From: the human T2T-CHM13v2.0 reference genome, Homo sapiens
Reading direction: 5' to 3' (one strand)
Assembly: GCF_009914755.1 (NCBI RefSeq)
Contig: NC_060925.1
DNA length: 64,000 bases
Of the stretch, positions 12,001 to 27,700 are shown piece after piece; the first letter of the stretch is position 1; every line of letters starts with the position of its first letter. A program made the position numbers and the translations under genes. The notes under the pieces were generated by a model, which worked only from the letters and a program-made list of their open reading frames with translations, searched no databases and was not told where the DNA came from.

Positions 12001-15000
12001 GAATCGAAGAGAATCTTCGAACGGACCCGAATGGAATCATCTAATGGAATGGAATGGAATAATCAACGGACTCGAATGCAATCATCATCGTATAGAATCG
12101 AATGGAATCATCGAAAGGACTCGAATGGAATAACCATTGAACGGAATCGAATGGAATCATCATCGGATGGAAACGAATGGAATCATCATCGAATGGAAAT
12201 GAAAGGAGTCATCATCTAATGGAATTGCATGGAATCATCATAAAATGGAATCGAATGGAATCATCATCAAATGGAATCAAATGGAATCATTGAACGGAAT
12301 TGAATGGAATCGTCATCGAATGAATTGAATGCAATCATCGAATGGTCTCGAATGGAATCATCTTCAAATGGAATGGAATGGAATCATCGCATAGAATCGA
12401 ATGGAATTATCATCGAGTGGAATCGAATGGTATCAACATCAAACGGAAAAAAACGGAATTATCGAATGGAATCGAAGAGAATCTTCGAACGGACCCGAAT
12501 GGAATCATCTAATGGAATGGAATGGAATAATCCATGGACTCGAATGCAATCATCATCGAATGGAATCGAATGGAATCATTGAAAGGACTCGAATGGAATA
12601 ATCATTGAACGGAATCGAATGGAATCATCATCGGATGGAAATGAGTGGAATCATCATCGAATGGAATCGAATAGAATTATGGAATGAAATCCAGTGTGAT
12701 CATCATCGAATGGACCCGAATGGAATCATCATCCAACGGAAGCTAATGGAATCAACATCGAATGAATCGAAAGGAAACACCATCGAATTGAAACGAATGG
12801 AATTATCATGAAATTGAAATGGATGGACTCATCATCAAATGGATTCGAATGGAATCATCGAATAAAATTGATTGAAATCATCATCGAATGGAATCGAATG
12901 GTATCATTGAATGGAATCGAATGGAATCATCATCTGATGGAAATGAATGGAATCGTCATAGAATGGAATCGAATGGATTCATTGAATGGAATCAGATGGA
13001 ATCATCGAATGGACTGGAATGGAATCATTGAATGGACTCGAAAGGGATCATTATTGAATGGAATTGAATGGAATCATCGAATGGTCTCGATTGGAATCAT
13101 TATCAAATGGAATCGAATGGAATCACCGAATAGAATCGAATGGAACAATCATCGAATGGACTCAAATGGAATTATCCTCAAATGGAATCGAATGGAATTA
13201 TCGAATGCAATCGAATGGAATTATCGAATGCAATCGAATAGAATCATCGAATGGACTCGAATGGAATCATCGAATGGAATGGAATGGAACAGTCAATGAA
13301 CTCGAATGGAATCATCATTGAATGGAATCGAATGGAATCATCGAGTGGAATCGAATGGAATTATGATCAAATGGAATCGAATGTAATCATCATCAAATGG
13401 AATCAAAAATAACCATCATCAATTGGTATTGAATGGAATTGTCATCAAATGGAATTCAAAGGAATCATCATCAAATGGAACCGAATGGAATCCTCATTGA
13501 ATGGAAATGAAAGGGGTCATCATCTAATGGAATCGCATGGAATCATCATCAAATGGAATCGAATGGAATCATCATCAAATGGAATCTAATGGAATCATTG
13601 AAAAGAATTGAATGGAATCATCATCGAATGAATTGAATGCAATCATCAAATGGTCTCGAATGGAATCATCTTCTAATGGAAAGGAATGGAATCATCGCAT
13701 AGAATCGAATGGAATTATCATCGAAAGGAATCGAATGGTATCAACACCAAACGGAAAAAAACGGAATTATCGAATGGAATCGAAGAGAATCTTCGAACGG
13801 ACCCGAATGGAATCATCTAATGGAATGGAATGGAATAATCCATGGACTCGAATGCAATCATCATCGTATAGAATCGAATGGAATCATCGAAAGGACTCGA
13901 ATGGAATAACCATTCAACGGAATCGAATGGAATCATCATCGGATGGAAACGAATGGAATCATCATCGAATGGAAATGAAAGGAGTCATCATCTAATGGAA
14001 TTGCATGGAATCATCATAAAATGGAATCGAATGGAATCATCATCAAATGGAATCAAATGGAATCATTGAACGGAATTGAATGGAATCGTCATCGAATGAA
14101 TTGAATGGAATCATCGAATGGTCTCGAATGGAATCATCTTCAAATGGAATGGAATGGAATCATCGCATAGAATCGAATGGAATTATCATCGAATGGAATC
14201 GAATGGTATCAACATCAAACGGAAAAAAACGGAATTATCGAATGGAATCGAAGAGAATCTTCGAACGGACCCGAATGGAATCATCTAATGGAATGGAATG
14301 GAATAATCCATGGACTCGAATGCAATCATCATCGAATGGAATCGAATGGAATCATTGAAAGGACTCGAATGGAATAATCATTGAACGGAATCGAATGGAA
14401 TCATCATCGGATGGAAATGAATGGAATCATCATCGAATGGAATCGAATAGAATTATGGAATGAAATCCAGTGTGATCATCATCGAATGGACCCGAATGGA
14501 ATCATCATCCAACGGAAGCTAATGGAAACAACATCGAATGAATCGAATGGAAACACCATCGAATTGAAACGAATGGAATTATCATGAAATTGAAATGGAT
14601 GGACTCATCATCGAATGGATTCGAATGGAATCATCGAATAAAATTGATTGAAATCATCATCGAATGGAATCGAATGGTATCATTGAATGGAATCGAATGG
14701 AATCATCATCAGATGGAAATGAATGGAATCGTCATAGAATGGAATCGAATGGATTCACTGAATGGAATCAGATGGAATCATCGAATGGACTGGAATGGAA
14801 TCATTGAATGGACTCGAAAGGGATCATTATTGAATGGAATTGAATGGAATCATCGAATGGTCTCGATTGGAATCATTATCAAATGGAATCGAATGGAATC
14901 ATCGAATAGAATCGAATGGAACAATCATCGAATGGACTCCAATGGAATTATCCTCAAATGGAATCGAATGGAAATATCGAATGCAATCGAATGGAATTAT

Positions 15001-18000
15001 CGAATGCAATCGAATAGAATCATCGAATGGACTCGAATGGAATCATCGAATGGAATGGAATGGAACAGTCAATGAACTCGAATGGAATCATCATTGAATG
15101 GAATCGAATGGAATCATCGAGTGGAATCGAATGGAATTATGATCAAATGGAATCGAATGTAATCATCATCAAATGGAATCAAAAATAACCATCATCAATT
15201 GGTATTGAATGGAATTGTCATCAAATGGAATTCAAAGGAATAATCATCAAATGGAACTGAATGGAATCCTCATTGAATGGAAATGAAAGGGGTCATCATC
15301 TAATGGAATCGCATGGAATCATCATCAAATGGAATCGAATGGAATCATCATCAAATGGAATCTAATGGAATCATTGAAAGAATTGAATGGAATCATCATC
15401 GAATGAATTGAATGCAATCATCGAATGGTCTCGAATGGAATCATCTTCTAATGGAAAGGAATGGAATCATCGCATAGAATCGAATGGAATTATCATCGAA
15501 TGGAATCGAATGGTATCAACACCAAACGGAAAAAAACGGAATTATGGAATGGAATCGAAGAGAATCTTCGAACGGACCCGAATGGAATCATCTAATGGAA
15601 TGGAATGGAATAATCCATGGACACGAATGCAATCATCATCGAATGGAATCGAATGGAATCATCGAATGGACTCGAATGGAATAATCATTGAACGGAATCG
15701 AATGGAATCATCATCGCATGGAAACGAATGGAATCATCATCGAATGGAAATGAAAGGAGTCATCATCTAATGGAATTGCATGGAATCATCATCAAATGGA
15801 ATCGAATGGAATCAACATCAAATGGAATCAAATGGAATCATTGAACGGAATTGAATGGAATCGTCATCGAATGAATTGAATGCAATCATCGAATGGTCTC
15901 GAATGGAATCATCTTCAAATGGAATGGAATGGAATCATCGCATAGAATCGAATGGAATTATCATCGAATGGAATCGAATGGAATCAACATCAAACGGAAA
16001 AAAACGGAATTATCGAATGGAATCGAAGAGAATCATCGAATGGACCCGAATGGAATCATCTAATGGAATGGAATGGAATAATCCATGGACTCGAATGCAA
16101 TCATCATCGAATGGAATCGAATGGAATCATCGAATGGACTCGAATGGAATAATCATTGAACGGAATCGAATGGAATCATCATCGGATGGAAATGAATGGA
16201 ATCATCATCGAATGGAATCGTATAGAATTATGGAATGAAATCCAGTGTGATCATCATCGAATGGACCCGAATGGAATCATCATCCAACGGAAGCTAATGG
16301 AATCAACATCGAATGAATCAAATGGAAACACCATCGAATTGAAACGAATGGAATTACCATGAAATTCAAATGGATGGACTCATCATCAAATGGATTCGAG
16401 TGGAATCATCAAATAAAATTGATTGAAATCATCATCGAATGGAATCGAATGGTATCATTGAATGGAATCGAATGGAATCATCATCAGATGGAAATGAAAG
16501 GAATCGTCATAGAATGGAATCGAATGGATTCATTGAATGGAATCAGATGGAATCATCGAATGGACTGGAATGGAATCATTGAATGGACTCGAAAGGGATC
16601 ATTATTGAATGGAATTGAATGGAATCATCGAATGGTCTCGATTGGAATCATTATCAAATGGAATCGAATGGAATCACCGAATAGAATCGAATGGAACAAT
16701 CATCGAATGGACTCAAATGGAATTATCCTCAAATGGAATCGAATGGAATTATCGAATGCAATCGAATGGAATTATCGAATGCAATCGAATAGAATCAACG
16801 AATGGACTCGAATGGAATCATCGAATGGAATGGAATGGAACAGTCAATGAACTCGAATGGAATCATCATTGAATGGAATCGAATGGAATCATCGAGTGGA
16901 ATCTAAAGGAATTATGACCAAATGGAATCGAAAGTAATCATCATCAAATGGAATCAAAAATAAACATCATCAATTGGTATTGAATGGAATTGTCATCAAA
17001 TGGAATTCAAAGGAATCATCATCAAATGGAACCGAATGGAATCCTCATTGAATGGAAATGAAAGGGGTCATCATCTAATGGAATCGCATGGAATCATCAT
17101 CAAATGGAATCGAATGGAATCATCATCAAATGGAATCTAATGGAATCATTGAAAAGAATTGAATGGAATAGTCATCGAATGAATTGAATGCAATCATCGA
17201 ATGGTCTCGAATGGAATCATCTTCTAATGGAAAGGAATGGAATCATCGCATAGAATCGAATGGAATTATCATCGAATGGAATCGAATGATATCAACACCA
17301 AACGGAAAATAACGGAATTATCGAATGGAATCGAAGAGAATCTTCGAACGGACCCGAATGGAATCATCTAATGGAATGGAATGGAATAATCCATGGACTC
17401 GAATGCAATCATCATCGAATGGAATCGAATGGAATCATCGAATGGACTCGAATGGAATTATCATTGAACGGAATCGAATGGAATCATCATCGGATGGAAA
17501 CGAATGGAATCATCATCGAATGGAAATGAAAGGAGTCATCATCTAATGGAATTGCATGGAATCATCATCAAATGGAATCGAATGGAATCAACATCAAATG
17601 GAATCAAATGGAATCATTGAACGGAATTGAATGGAATCGTCATCGAATGAATTGAATGCAATCATCGAATGGTCTCAAATGGAATCATCTTCAAATGGAA
17701 TGGAATGGAATCATCGCATAGAATCGAATGGAATTATCATCGAATGGAATCGAATGGAATCAACATCAAACGGAAAAAAACGGAATTATCGAATGGAATC
17801 GAAGAGAATCATCGAATGGACCCGAATGGAATCATCTAATGGAATGGAATGGAATAATCCATGGACTCGAATGCAATCATCATCGAATGGAATCGAATGG
17901 AATCATCGAATGGACTCGAATGGAATAATCATTGAACGGAATCGAATGGAATCGTCATCGGATGGAAATGAATGGAATCATCATCGAATGGAATCGAATA

Positions 18001-21000
18001 GAATTATGGAATGAAATCCAGGGTGATCATCATCGAATGGACCCGAATGGAATCATCATCCAACGGAAGCTAATGGAATCAACATCGAATGAATCGAATG
18101 GAAACACCATCGAATTGAAACGAATGGAATTACCATGAAATTGAAATGGATGGACTCATCATCGAATGGATTCGAATGGAATCATCGAATAAAATTGATT
18201 GAAATCATCATCGAATGGTATCGAATGGTATCATTGAATGGAATCGAATGGAATCATCATCAGATGGAAATGAATGGAATCGTCATAGAATGGAATCGAA
18301 TGGATTCATTGAATGGAATCAGATGGAATCAACGAATGGACTGGAATGGAATCATTGAATGGACTCGAAAGGGATCATTATTGAATGGAATTGAATGGAA
18401 TCATCGAATGGTCTCGATTGGAATCATTATCAAATGGAATCGAATGGAATCACCGAATAGAATCGAATGGAACAATCATCGAATGGACTCAAATGGAATT
18501 ATCCTCAAATGGAATCGAATGGAATTATCGAATGCAATCGAATGGAATTATCGAATGCAATCGAATAGAATCATCGAATGGACTCGAATGGAATCATCGA
18601 ATGGAATGGAATGGAACAGTCAATGAACTCGAATGGAATCATCATTGAATGGAATCGAATGGAATCATCGAGTGGAATCGAATGGAATTATGATCAAATG
18701 GAATCGAATGTAATCATCATCAAATGGAATCAAAAATAACCATCATCAATTGGTATTGAATGGAATTCTCATCAAATGGAATTCAAAGGAATCATCATCA
18801 AATGGAACTGAATGGAATCCTCATTGAATGGAAATGAAAGGGGTCATCATCTAATGGAATCGCATGGAATCATCATCAAATGGAATCGAATGGAATCATC
18901 ATCAAATGGAATCTGATGGAATCATTGAACAGAATTGAATGGAATCGTCATCGAATGAATTGAATGCAATCATCAAATGGTCTCGAATGTAATCACATTC
19001 TAATGGAAAGGAATGGAATCATCGCATAGAATAGAATGGAATTAACATTGAATGGACTCGAATGGAATCTACATCAAACGGAATCAAGCGGAATTATTGA
19101 ATGGAATCAAAGAGAATCATCGAATGGTCTCGAATGGAATCATCTTCTAATGGAAAGGAATGGAATCATCTCATAGAATCGAATGGAATTAACATTGAAT
19201 GGACTCGAATGGAATCAACATCAAATGGAATCAAGCGGAATTATCGAATGAAATCGAAGAGAATCATCGAATGGACTCGAATGGAATCATCTAATGGAAT
19301 GGAATGGAATAATCCACGGACTCGAATGCAATCATCATCGTATAGAATCGAATGGAATCATCGAAAGGACTCGAATGGAATAACCATTGAACGGAATCGA
19401 ATGGAATCATCATCGGATGGAAACGAATGGAATCATCATCGAATGGAAATGAAAGGAGTCATCATCTAATGGAATTGCATGGAATCATCATAAAATGGAA
19501 TCGAATGGAATCATCATCAAATGGAATCAAATGGAATCATTGAACGGAATTGAATGGAATCGTCATCGAATGAATTGAATGCAATCATCAAATGGTCTCG
19601 AATGGAATCATCTTCAAATGGAATGGAATGGAATCATCGCATAGAATCGAATGGAATTATCATCAAATGGAATCGAATGGTATCAACATCAAACGGAAAA
19701 AAACGGAATTATCGAATGGAATCGAAGAGAATCTTCGAACGGACCCGAATGGAATCATCTAATGGAATGGAATGGAATAATCCATGGACTCGAATGCAAT
19801 CATCATCGAATGGAATCGAATGGAATCATTGAATGGACTCGAATGGAATAATCATTGAACGGAATCGAATGGAATCATCATCGGATGGAAACGAATGGAA
19901 TCATCATCGAATGGAATCGAATAGAATTATGGAATGAAATCCAGTGTGATCATCATCGAATGGACCCGAATGGAATCATCATCCAACGGAAGCTAATGGA
20001 ATCAACATCGAATGAATCGAAAGGAAACACCATCGAATTGAAACGAATGGAATTATCATGAAATTGAAATGGATGGACTCATCATCGAATGGATTCGAAT
20101 GGAATCATCGAATAAAATTGATTGAAATCATCATCGAATGGAATCGAATGGTATCATTGAATGGAATCGAATGGAATCATCATCAGATGGAAATGAATGG
20201 AATCGTCATAGAATGGAATCGGATGGATTCATTGAATGGAATCAGATGGAATCATCGAATGGACTGGAATGGAATCATTGAATGGACTCGAAAGGGATCA
20301 TTATTGAATGGAATTGAATGGAATCATCGAATGGTCTCGATTGGAATCATTATCAAATGGAATCGAATGGAATCACCGAATAGAATCGAATGGAACAATC
20401 ATCGAATGGACTCAAATGGAATTATCCTCAAATGGAATCGAATGGAATTATCGAATGCAATCGAATGGAATTATCGAATGCAATCGAATAGAATCATCGA
20501 ATGGACTCGAATGGAATCATCGAATGGAATGGAATGGAACAGTCAATGAACTCGAATGGAATCATCATTGAATGGAATCGAATGGAATCATCGAGTGGAA
20601 TCGAATGGAATTAAGATCAAATGGAATCGAATGTAATCATCATCAAATGGAATCAAAAATAACCATCATCAATTGGTATTGAATGGAATTGTCATCAAAT
20701 GGAATTCAAAGGAATCATCATCAAATGGAACCGAATGGAATCCTCGTTGAATGGAAATGAAAGGGGTCATCATCTAATGGAATCGCATGGAAACATCATA
20801 AAATGGAATCGAATGGAATCAACATCAAATGGAATCAAATGGAATCATTGAACGGAATTGAATGGAATGGTCATCGAAAGAATTGAATGCAATCATCGAA
20901 TGGTCTCGAATGGAATCATCTTCAAATGGAATGGAATTGAATCATCGCATAGAATCGAAAGGAATTATCATCGAATGGAATCGAATGGAATCAACACCAA

Positions 21001-21799
21001 ACGGAAAAAAACGGAATTATCGAATGGAATCGAAGAGAATCATCGAATGGACCCGAATGGAATCATCTAATGGAATGGAATGGAATAATCCATGGACTCG
21101 AATGCAATCATCATCGAATGGAATCGAATGGAATCATCGAATGGACTCGAATGGAATAATCATTGAACGCATTCGAATGGAATCATCATCGGATGGAAAC
21201 GAATGGAATCATCATCGAATGGAATCGAATAGAATTATGGAATGAAATCCAGTGTGATCATCATCGAATGGACCCGAATGGAATCATCATCCAACGGAAG
21301 CTAATGGAATCAACATCGAATGAATCAAATGGAAACACCATCGAATTGAAACGAATGGAATTACCATGACATTGAAATGGATGGACTCATCATCAAATGG
21401 ATTCGAATGGAATCATCGAATAAAATTGATTGAAATCATCATCGAATGGAATCGAATGGTATCATTGAATGGAATCGAATGGAATCATCATCAGATGGAA
21501 ATGAATGGAATCGTCATAGAATGGAATCGAATGGATTCATTGAATGGAATCAGATGGAATCATCGAATGGACTGGAATGGAATCATTGAATGGACTCGAA
21601 AGGGATCATTATTGAATGGAATTGAATGGAATCATCGAATGGTCTCGATTGGAATCATTATCAAATGGAATCGAATGGAATCACCGAATAGAATCGAATG
21701 GAACAATCATCGAATGGACTCAAATGGAATTATCCTCAAATGGAATCGAATGGAATTATCGAATGCAACCGAATGGAATTATCGAATGCAATCGAATAG

Positions 21800-24700
21800 A
21801 ATCATCGAATGGACTCGAATGGAATCATCGAATGGAATGGAATGGAACAGTCAATGAACTCGAATGGAATCATCATTGAATGGAATCGAATGGAATCATC
21901 GAGTGGAATCGAATGGAATTATGATCAAATGGAATCGAATGTAATCATCATCAAATGGAATCAACAATAACCATCATCAATTGGTATTGAATGGAATTGT
22001 CATCAAATGGAATTCAAAGGAATCATCATCAAATGGAACCGAATGGAATCCTCATTGAATGGAAATGAAAGGGGTCATCATCTAATGGAATCGCATGGAA
22101 TCATCATCAAATGGAATCGAATGGAATCATCATCAAATGGAATCTAATGGAATCATTGAAAAGAATTGAATGGAATCATCATCGAATGAATTGAATGCAA
22201 TCATCGAATGGTCTCGAATGGAATCATCTTCTAATGGAAAGGAATGGAATCATCGCATAGAATCGAATGGAATTATCATCGAATGGAATCGAATGGTATC
22301 AACACCAAACGGAAAAAAACGGAATTATCGAATGGAATCGAAGAGAATCAACGAACGGACCCGAATGGAATCATCTAATGGAACGGAATGGAATAATCCA
22401 TGGACTCGAATGCAATCATCATCGAATGGAATCGAATGGAATCATCGAATGGACTCGAATGGAATAATCATTGAACGGAATCGAATGGAATCATCATCGG
22501 ATGGAAACGAATGGAATCATCATCGAATGGAAATGAAAGGAGTCATCATCTAATGGAATTGCATGGAATCATCATAAAATGGAATCGAATGGAATCAACA
22601 TCAAATGGAATCAAATGGAATCATTGAACGGAATTGAATGGAATCGTCATCGAATGAATTGAATGCAATCATCGAATGGTCTCGAATGGAATCATCTTCA
22701 AATGGAATGGAATGGAATCATCGCATAGAATCGAATGGAATTATCATCGAATGGAATCGAATGGAATCAACATCAAACGGAAAAAAACGGAATTATCGAA
22801 TGGAATCGAAGAGAATCATCGAATGGACCCGAATGGAATCATCTAATGGAATGGAATGGAATAATCCATGGACTCGAATGCAATCATCATCGAATGGAAT
22901 CGAATGGAATCATCGAATGGACTCGAATGGAATAATCATTGAACGGAATCGAATGGAATCATCATCGGATGGAAATGAATGGAATCATCATCGAATGGAA
23001 TCGAATAGAATTATGGAATGAAATCCAGTGTGATCATCATCGAATGGACCCGAATGGAATCATCATCCAACGGAAGCTAATGGAATCAACATCGAATGAA
23101 TCAAATGGAAACACCATCGAATTGAAACGAATGGAATTACCATGAAATTGAAATGGATGGACTCATCATCAAATGGATTCGAGTGGAATCATCGAATAAA
23201 ATTGATTGAAATCATCATCGAATGGAATCGAATGGTATCATTGAATGGAATCGAATGGAATCATCATCAGATGGAAATGAAAGGAATCGTCATAGAATGG
23301 AATCGAATGGATTCATTGAATGGAATCAGATGGAATCATTGAATGGACTGGAATGGAATCATTGAATGGACTCGAAAGGGATCATTATTGAATGGAATTG
23401 AATGGAATCATCGAATGGTCTCGATTGGAATCATTATCAAATGGAATCGAATGGAATCACCGAATAGAATCGAATGGAACAATCATCGAATGGACTCAAA
23501 TGGAATTATCCTCAAATGGAATCGAATGGAATTATCGAATGCAATCAAATAGAATCATCGAATGGACTCGAATGGAATCATCGAATGGAATGGAATGGAA
23601 CAGTCAATGAACTCGAATGGAATCATCATTGAATGGAATCGAATGGAATCATCGAGTGGAATCGAATGTAATCATCATCAAATGGAATCAAAAATAACCA
23701 TCATCAAATGGAATCAAAAATAACCATCATCAATTGGTATTGAATGGAATTCTCATAAAATGGAATTCAAAGGAATCATCATCAAATGGAACCGAATGGA
23801 ATCCTCATTGAATGGAAATGAAAGGGGTCATCATGTAATGGAATCGCATGGAATCATCATAAAATGGAATCGAATGGAATCAACATCAAATGGAATCAAA
23901 TGGAATCATTGAACGGAATTGAATGGAATGGTCATCGAAAGAATTGAATGCAATCATCGAATGGTCTCGAATGGAATCATCTTCAAATGGAATGGAATGG
24001 AATCATCGCATAGAATCGAAAGGAATTGTCATCGAATGGAATCGAATGGAATCAACACCAAACGGAAAAAAACGGAATTATCGAATGGAATCGAAGAGAA
24101 TCATCGAATGGACCCGAATGGAATCATCTAATGGAATGGAATGGAATAATCCATGGACACGAATGCAATCATCATCGAATGGAATCGAATGGAATCATCG
24201 AATGGACTCAAATGGAATAATCATTGAACGGAATCGAATGGAATCATCATCGGATGGAAACGAATGGAATCATCATCGAATGGAATCGAATAGAATTATG
24301 GAATGAAATCCAGTGTGATCATCATCGAATGGACCCGAATGGAATCATCATCCAACGGAAGCTAATGGAATCAACATCGAATGAATCAAATGGAAACACC
24401 ATCGAATTGAAACGAATGGAATTACCATGAAATTGAAATGGATGGACTCATCATCAAATGGATTCGAATGGAATCATCGAATAAAATTGATTGAAATCAT
24501 CATCGAATGGAATCGAATGGTATCATTGAATGGAATCGAATGGAATCATCATCAGATGGAAATGAATGGAATCGTCATAGAATGGAATCGAATGGATTCA
24601 TTGAATGGAATCAGATGGAATCATTGAATGGACTGGAATGGAATCATTGAATGGACTCGAAAGGGATCATTATTGAATGGAATTGAATGGAATCATCGAA

Positions 24701-27700
24701 TGGTCTCGATAGGAATCATTATCAAATGGAATCGAATGGAATCACCGAATAGAATCGAATGGAACAATCATCGAATGGACTCAAATGGAATTATCCTCTA
24801 ATGGAATCGAATGGAATTATCGAATGCAATCGAATGGAATTATCGAATGCAATCGAATAGAATCATCGAATGGACTCGAATGGAATCATCGAATGGAATG
24901 GAATGGAACAGTCAATGAACTCGAATGGAATCATCATTGAATGGAATCGAATGGAATCATCGAGTGGAATCGAAAGGAATTATGACCAAATGGAATCGAA
25001 TGTAATCATCATCAAATGGAATCAAAAATAACCATCATCAATTGGTATTGAATGGAATTGTCATCAAATGGAATTCAAAGGAATCATCATCAAATGGAAC
25101 CGAATGGAATCCTCATTGAATGGAAATGAAAGGGGTCATCATCTAATGGAATCGCATGGAATCATCATCAAATGGAATCGAATGGAATCATCATCAAATG
25201 GAATCTAATGGAATCATTGAAAAGAATTGAATGGAATCGTCATCGAATGAATTGAATGCAATCATCGAATGGTCTCGAATGGAATCATCTTCTAATGGAA
25301 AGGAATGGAATCATCGCATAGAATCGAATGGAATTATCATCGAATGGAATCGAATGGTATCAACACCAAACGGAAAAAAACGGAATTATCGAATGGAATC
25401 GAAGAGAATCTTCGAACGGACCCGAATGGAATCATCTAATGGAATGGAATGGAATAATCCATGGACTCGAATGCAATCATCATCGAATGGAATCGAATGG
25501 AATCATCGAATGGACTCGAATGGAATAATCATTGAACGGAATCGAATGGAATCATCATCGGATGGAAACGAATGGAATCATCATCGAATGGAAGTGAAAG
25601 GAGTCATCATCTAATGGAATTGCATGGAATCATCATCAAATGGAATCGAATGGAATCAACATCAAATGGAATCAAATGGAATCATTGAACGGAATTGAAT
25701 GGAATCGTCATCGACTGAATTGAATGCAATCATCGAATGGTCTCGAATGGAATCATCTTCAAATGGAATGGAATGGAATCATCGCATAGAATCGAATGGA
25801 ATTATCATCGAATGGAATCGAATGGAATCAACATCAAACGGAAAAAAACGGAATTATCGAATGGAATCGAAGAGAATCATCGAATGGACCCGAATGGAAT
25901 CATCTAATGGAATGGAATGGAATAATCCATGGACTCGAATGCAATCATCATCGAATGGAATCGAATGGAATCATCGAATGGACTCGAATGGAATAATCAT
26001 TGAACGGAATCGAATGGAATCATCATCGGATGGAAATGAAAGGAGTCATCATCTAATGGAATTGCATGTAATCATCATAAAATGGAATCGAATGGAATCA
26101 ACATCAAATTGAATCAAATGGAATCATTGAACGGAATTGAATGGAATCGTCATCGAATGAATTGAATGCAATCATCGAATGGTCTCGAATGGAATCATCT
26201 TCAAATGGAATGGAATGGAATCATCGCATAGAATCGAATGGAATTATCATCGAATGGAATCGAATGGAATCAACATCAAACGGAAAAAAACGGAATTATC
26301 GAATGGAATCGAAGAGAATCATCGAATGGACCCGAATGGAATCATCTAATGGAATGGAATGGAATAATCCATGGACTCGAATGCAATCATCATCGAATGG
26401 AATCGAATGGAATCATCGAATGGACTCGAATGGAATAATCATTGAACGGAATCGAATGGAATCGTCATCGGATGGAAATGAATGGAATCATCATCGAATG
26501 GAATCGAATAGAATTATGGAATGAAATCCAGTGTGATCATCATCGAATGGACCCGAATGGAATCATCATCCAACGGAAGCTAATGGAATCAACATCGAAT
26601 GAATCGAATGGAAACACCATCGAATTGAAACGAATGGAATTACCATGAAATTGAAATGGATGGACTCATCATCGAATGGATTCGAATGGAATCATCGAAT
26701 AAAATTGATTGAAATCATCATCGAATGGTATCGAATGGTATCATTGAATGGAATCGAATGGAATCATCCTCAGATGGAAATGAATGGAATCGTCATAGAA
26801 TGGAATCGAATGGATTCATTGAATGGAATCAGATGGAATCATCGAATGGACTGGAATGGAATCATTGAATGGACTCGAAAGGGATCATTATTGAATGGAA
26901 TTGAATGGAATCATCGAATGGTCTCGATTGGAATCATTATCAAATGGAATCGAATGGAATCACCGAATAGAATCGAATGGAACAATCATCGAATGGACTC
27001 AAATGGAATTATCCTCAAATGGAATCGAATGGAATTATCGAATGCAATCGAATGGAATTATCGAATGCAATCGAATAGAATCATCGAATGGACTCGAATG
27101 GAATCATCGAATGGAATGGAATGGAACAGTCAATGAACTCGAATGGAATCATCATTGAATGGAATCGAATGGAATCATCGAGTGGAATCGAATGGAATTA
27201 TGATCAAATGGAATCGAATGTAATCATCATCAAATGGAATCAAAAATAACCATCATCAATTGGTATTGAATGGAATTCTCATCAAATGGAATTCAAAGGA
27301 ATCATCATCAAATGGAACTGAATGGAATCCTCATTGAATGGAAATGAAAGGGGTCATCATCTAATGGAATCGCATGGAATCATCATCAAATGGAATCGAA
27401 TGGAATCACCATCAAATGGAATCTGATGGAATCATTGAACAGAATTGAACGGAATCGTCATCGAATGAATTGAATGCAATCATCTCATGGTCTCGAATGT
27501 AATCACATTCTAATGGAAAGGAATGGAATCATCGCATAGAATCGAATGGAATTAACATTGAATGGACTCGAATGGAATCAACATCAAACGGAATCAAGCG
27601 GAATTATCGAATGGAATCGAAGAGAATCATCGAATGGACTCGAATGGAATCATCTATTGGAATGGAATGGAATAATCCACGGACCCGAATGCAATCATCA

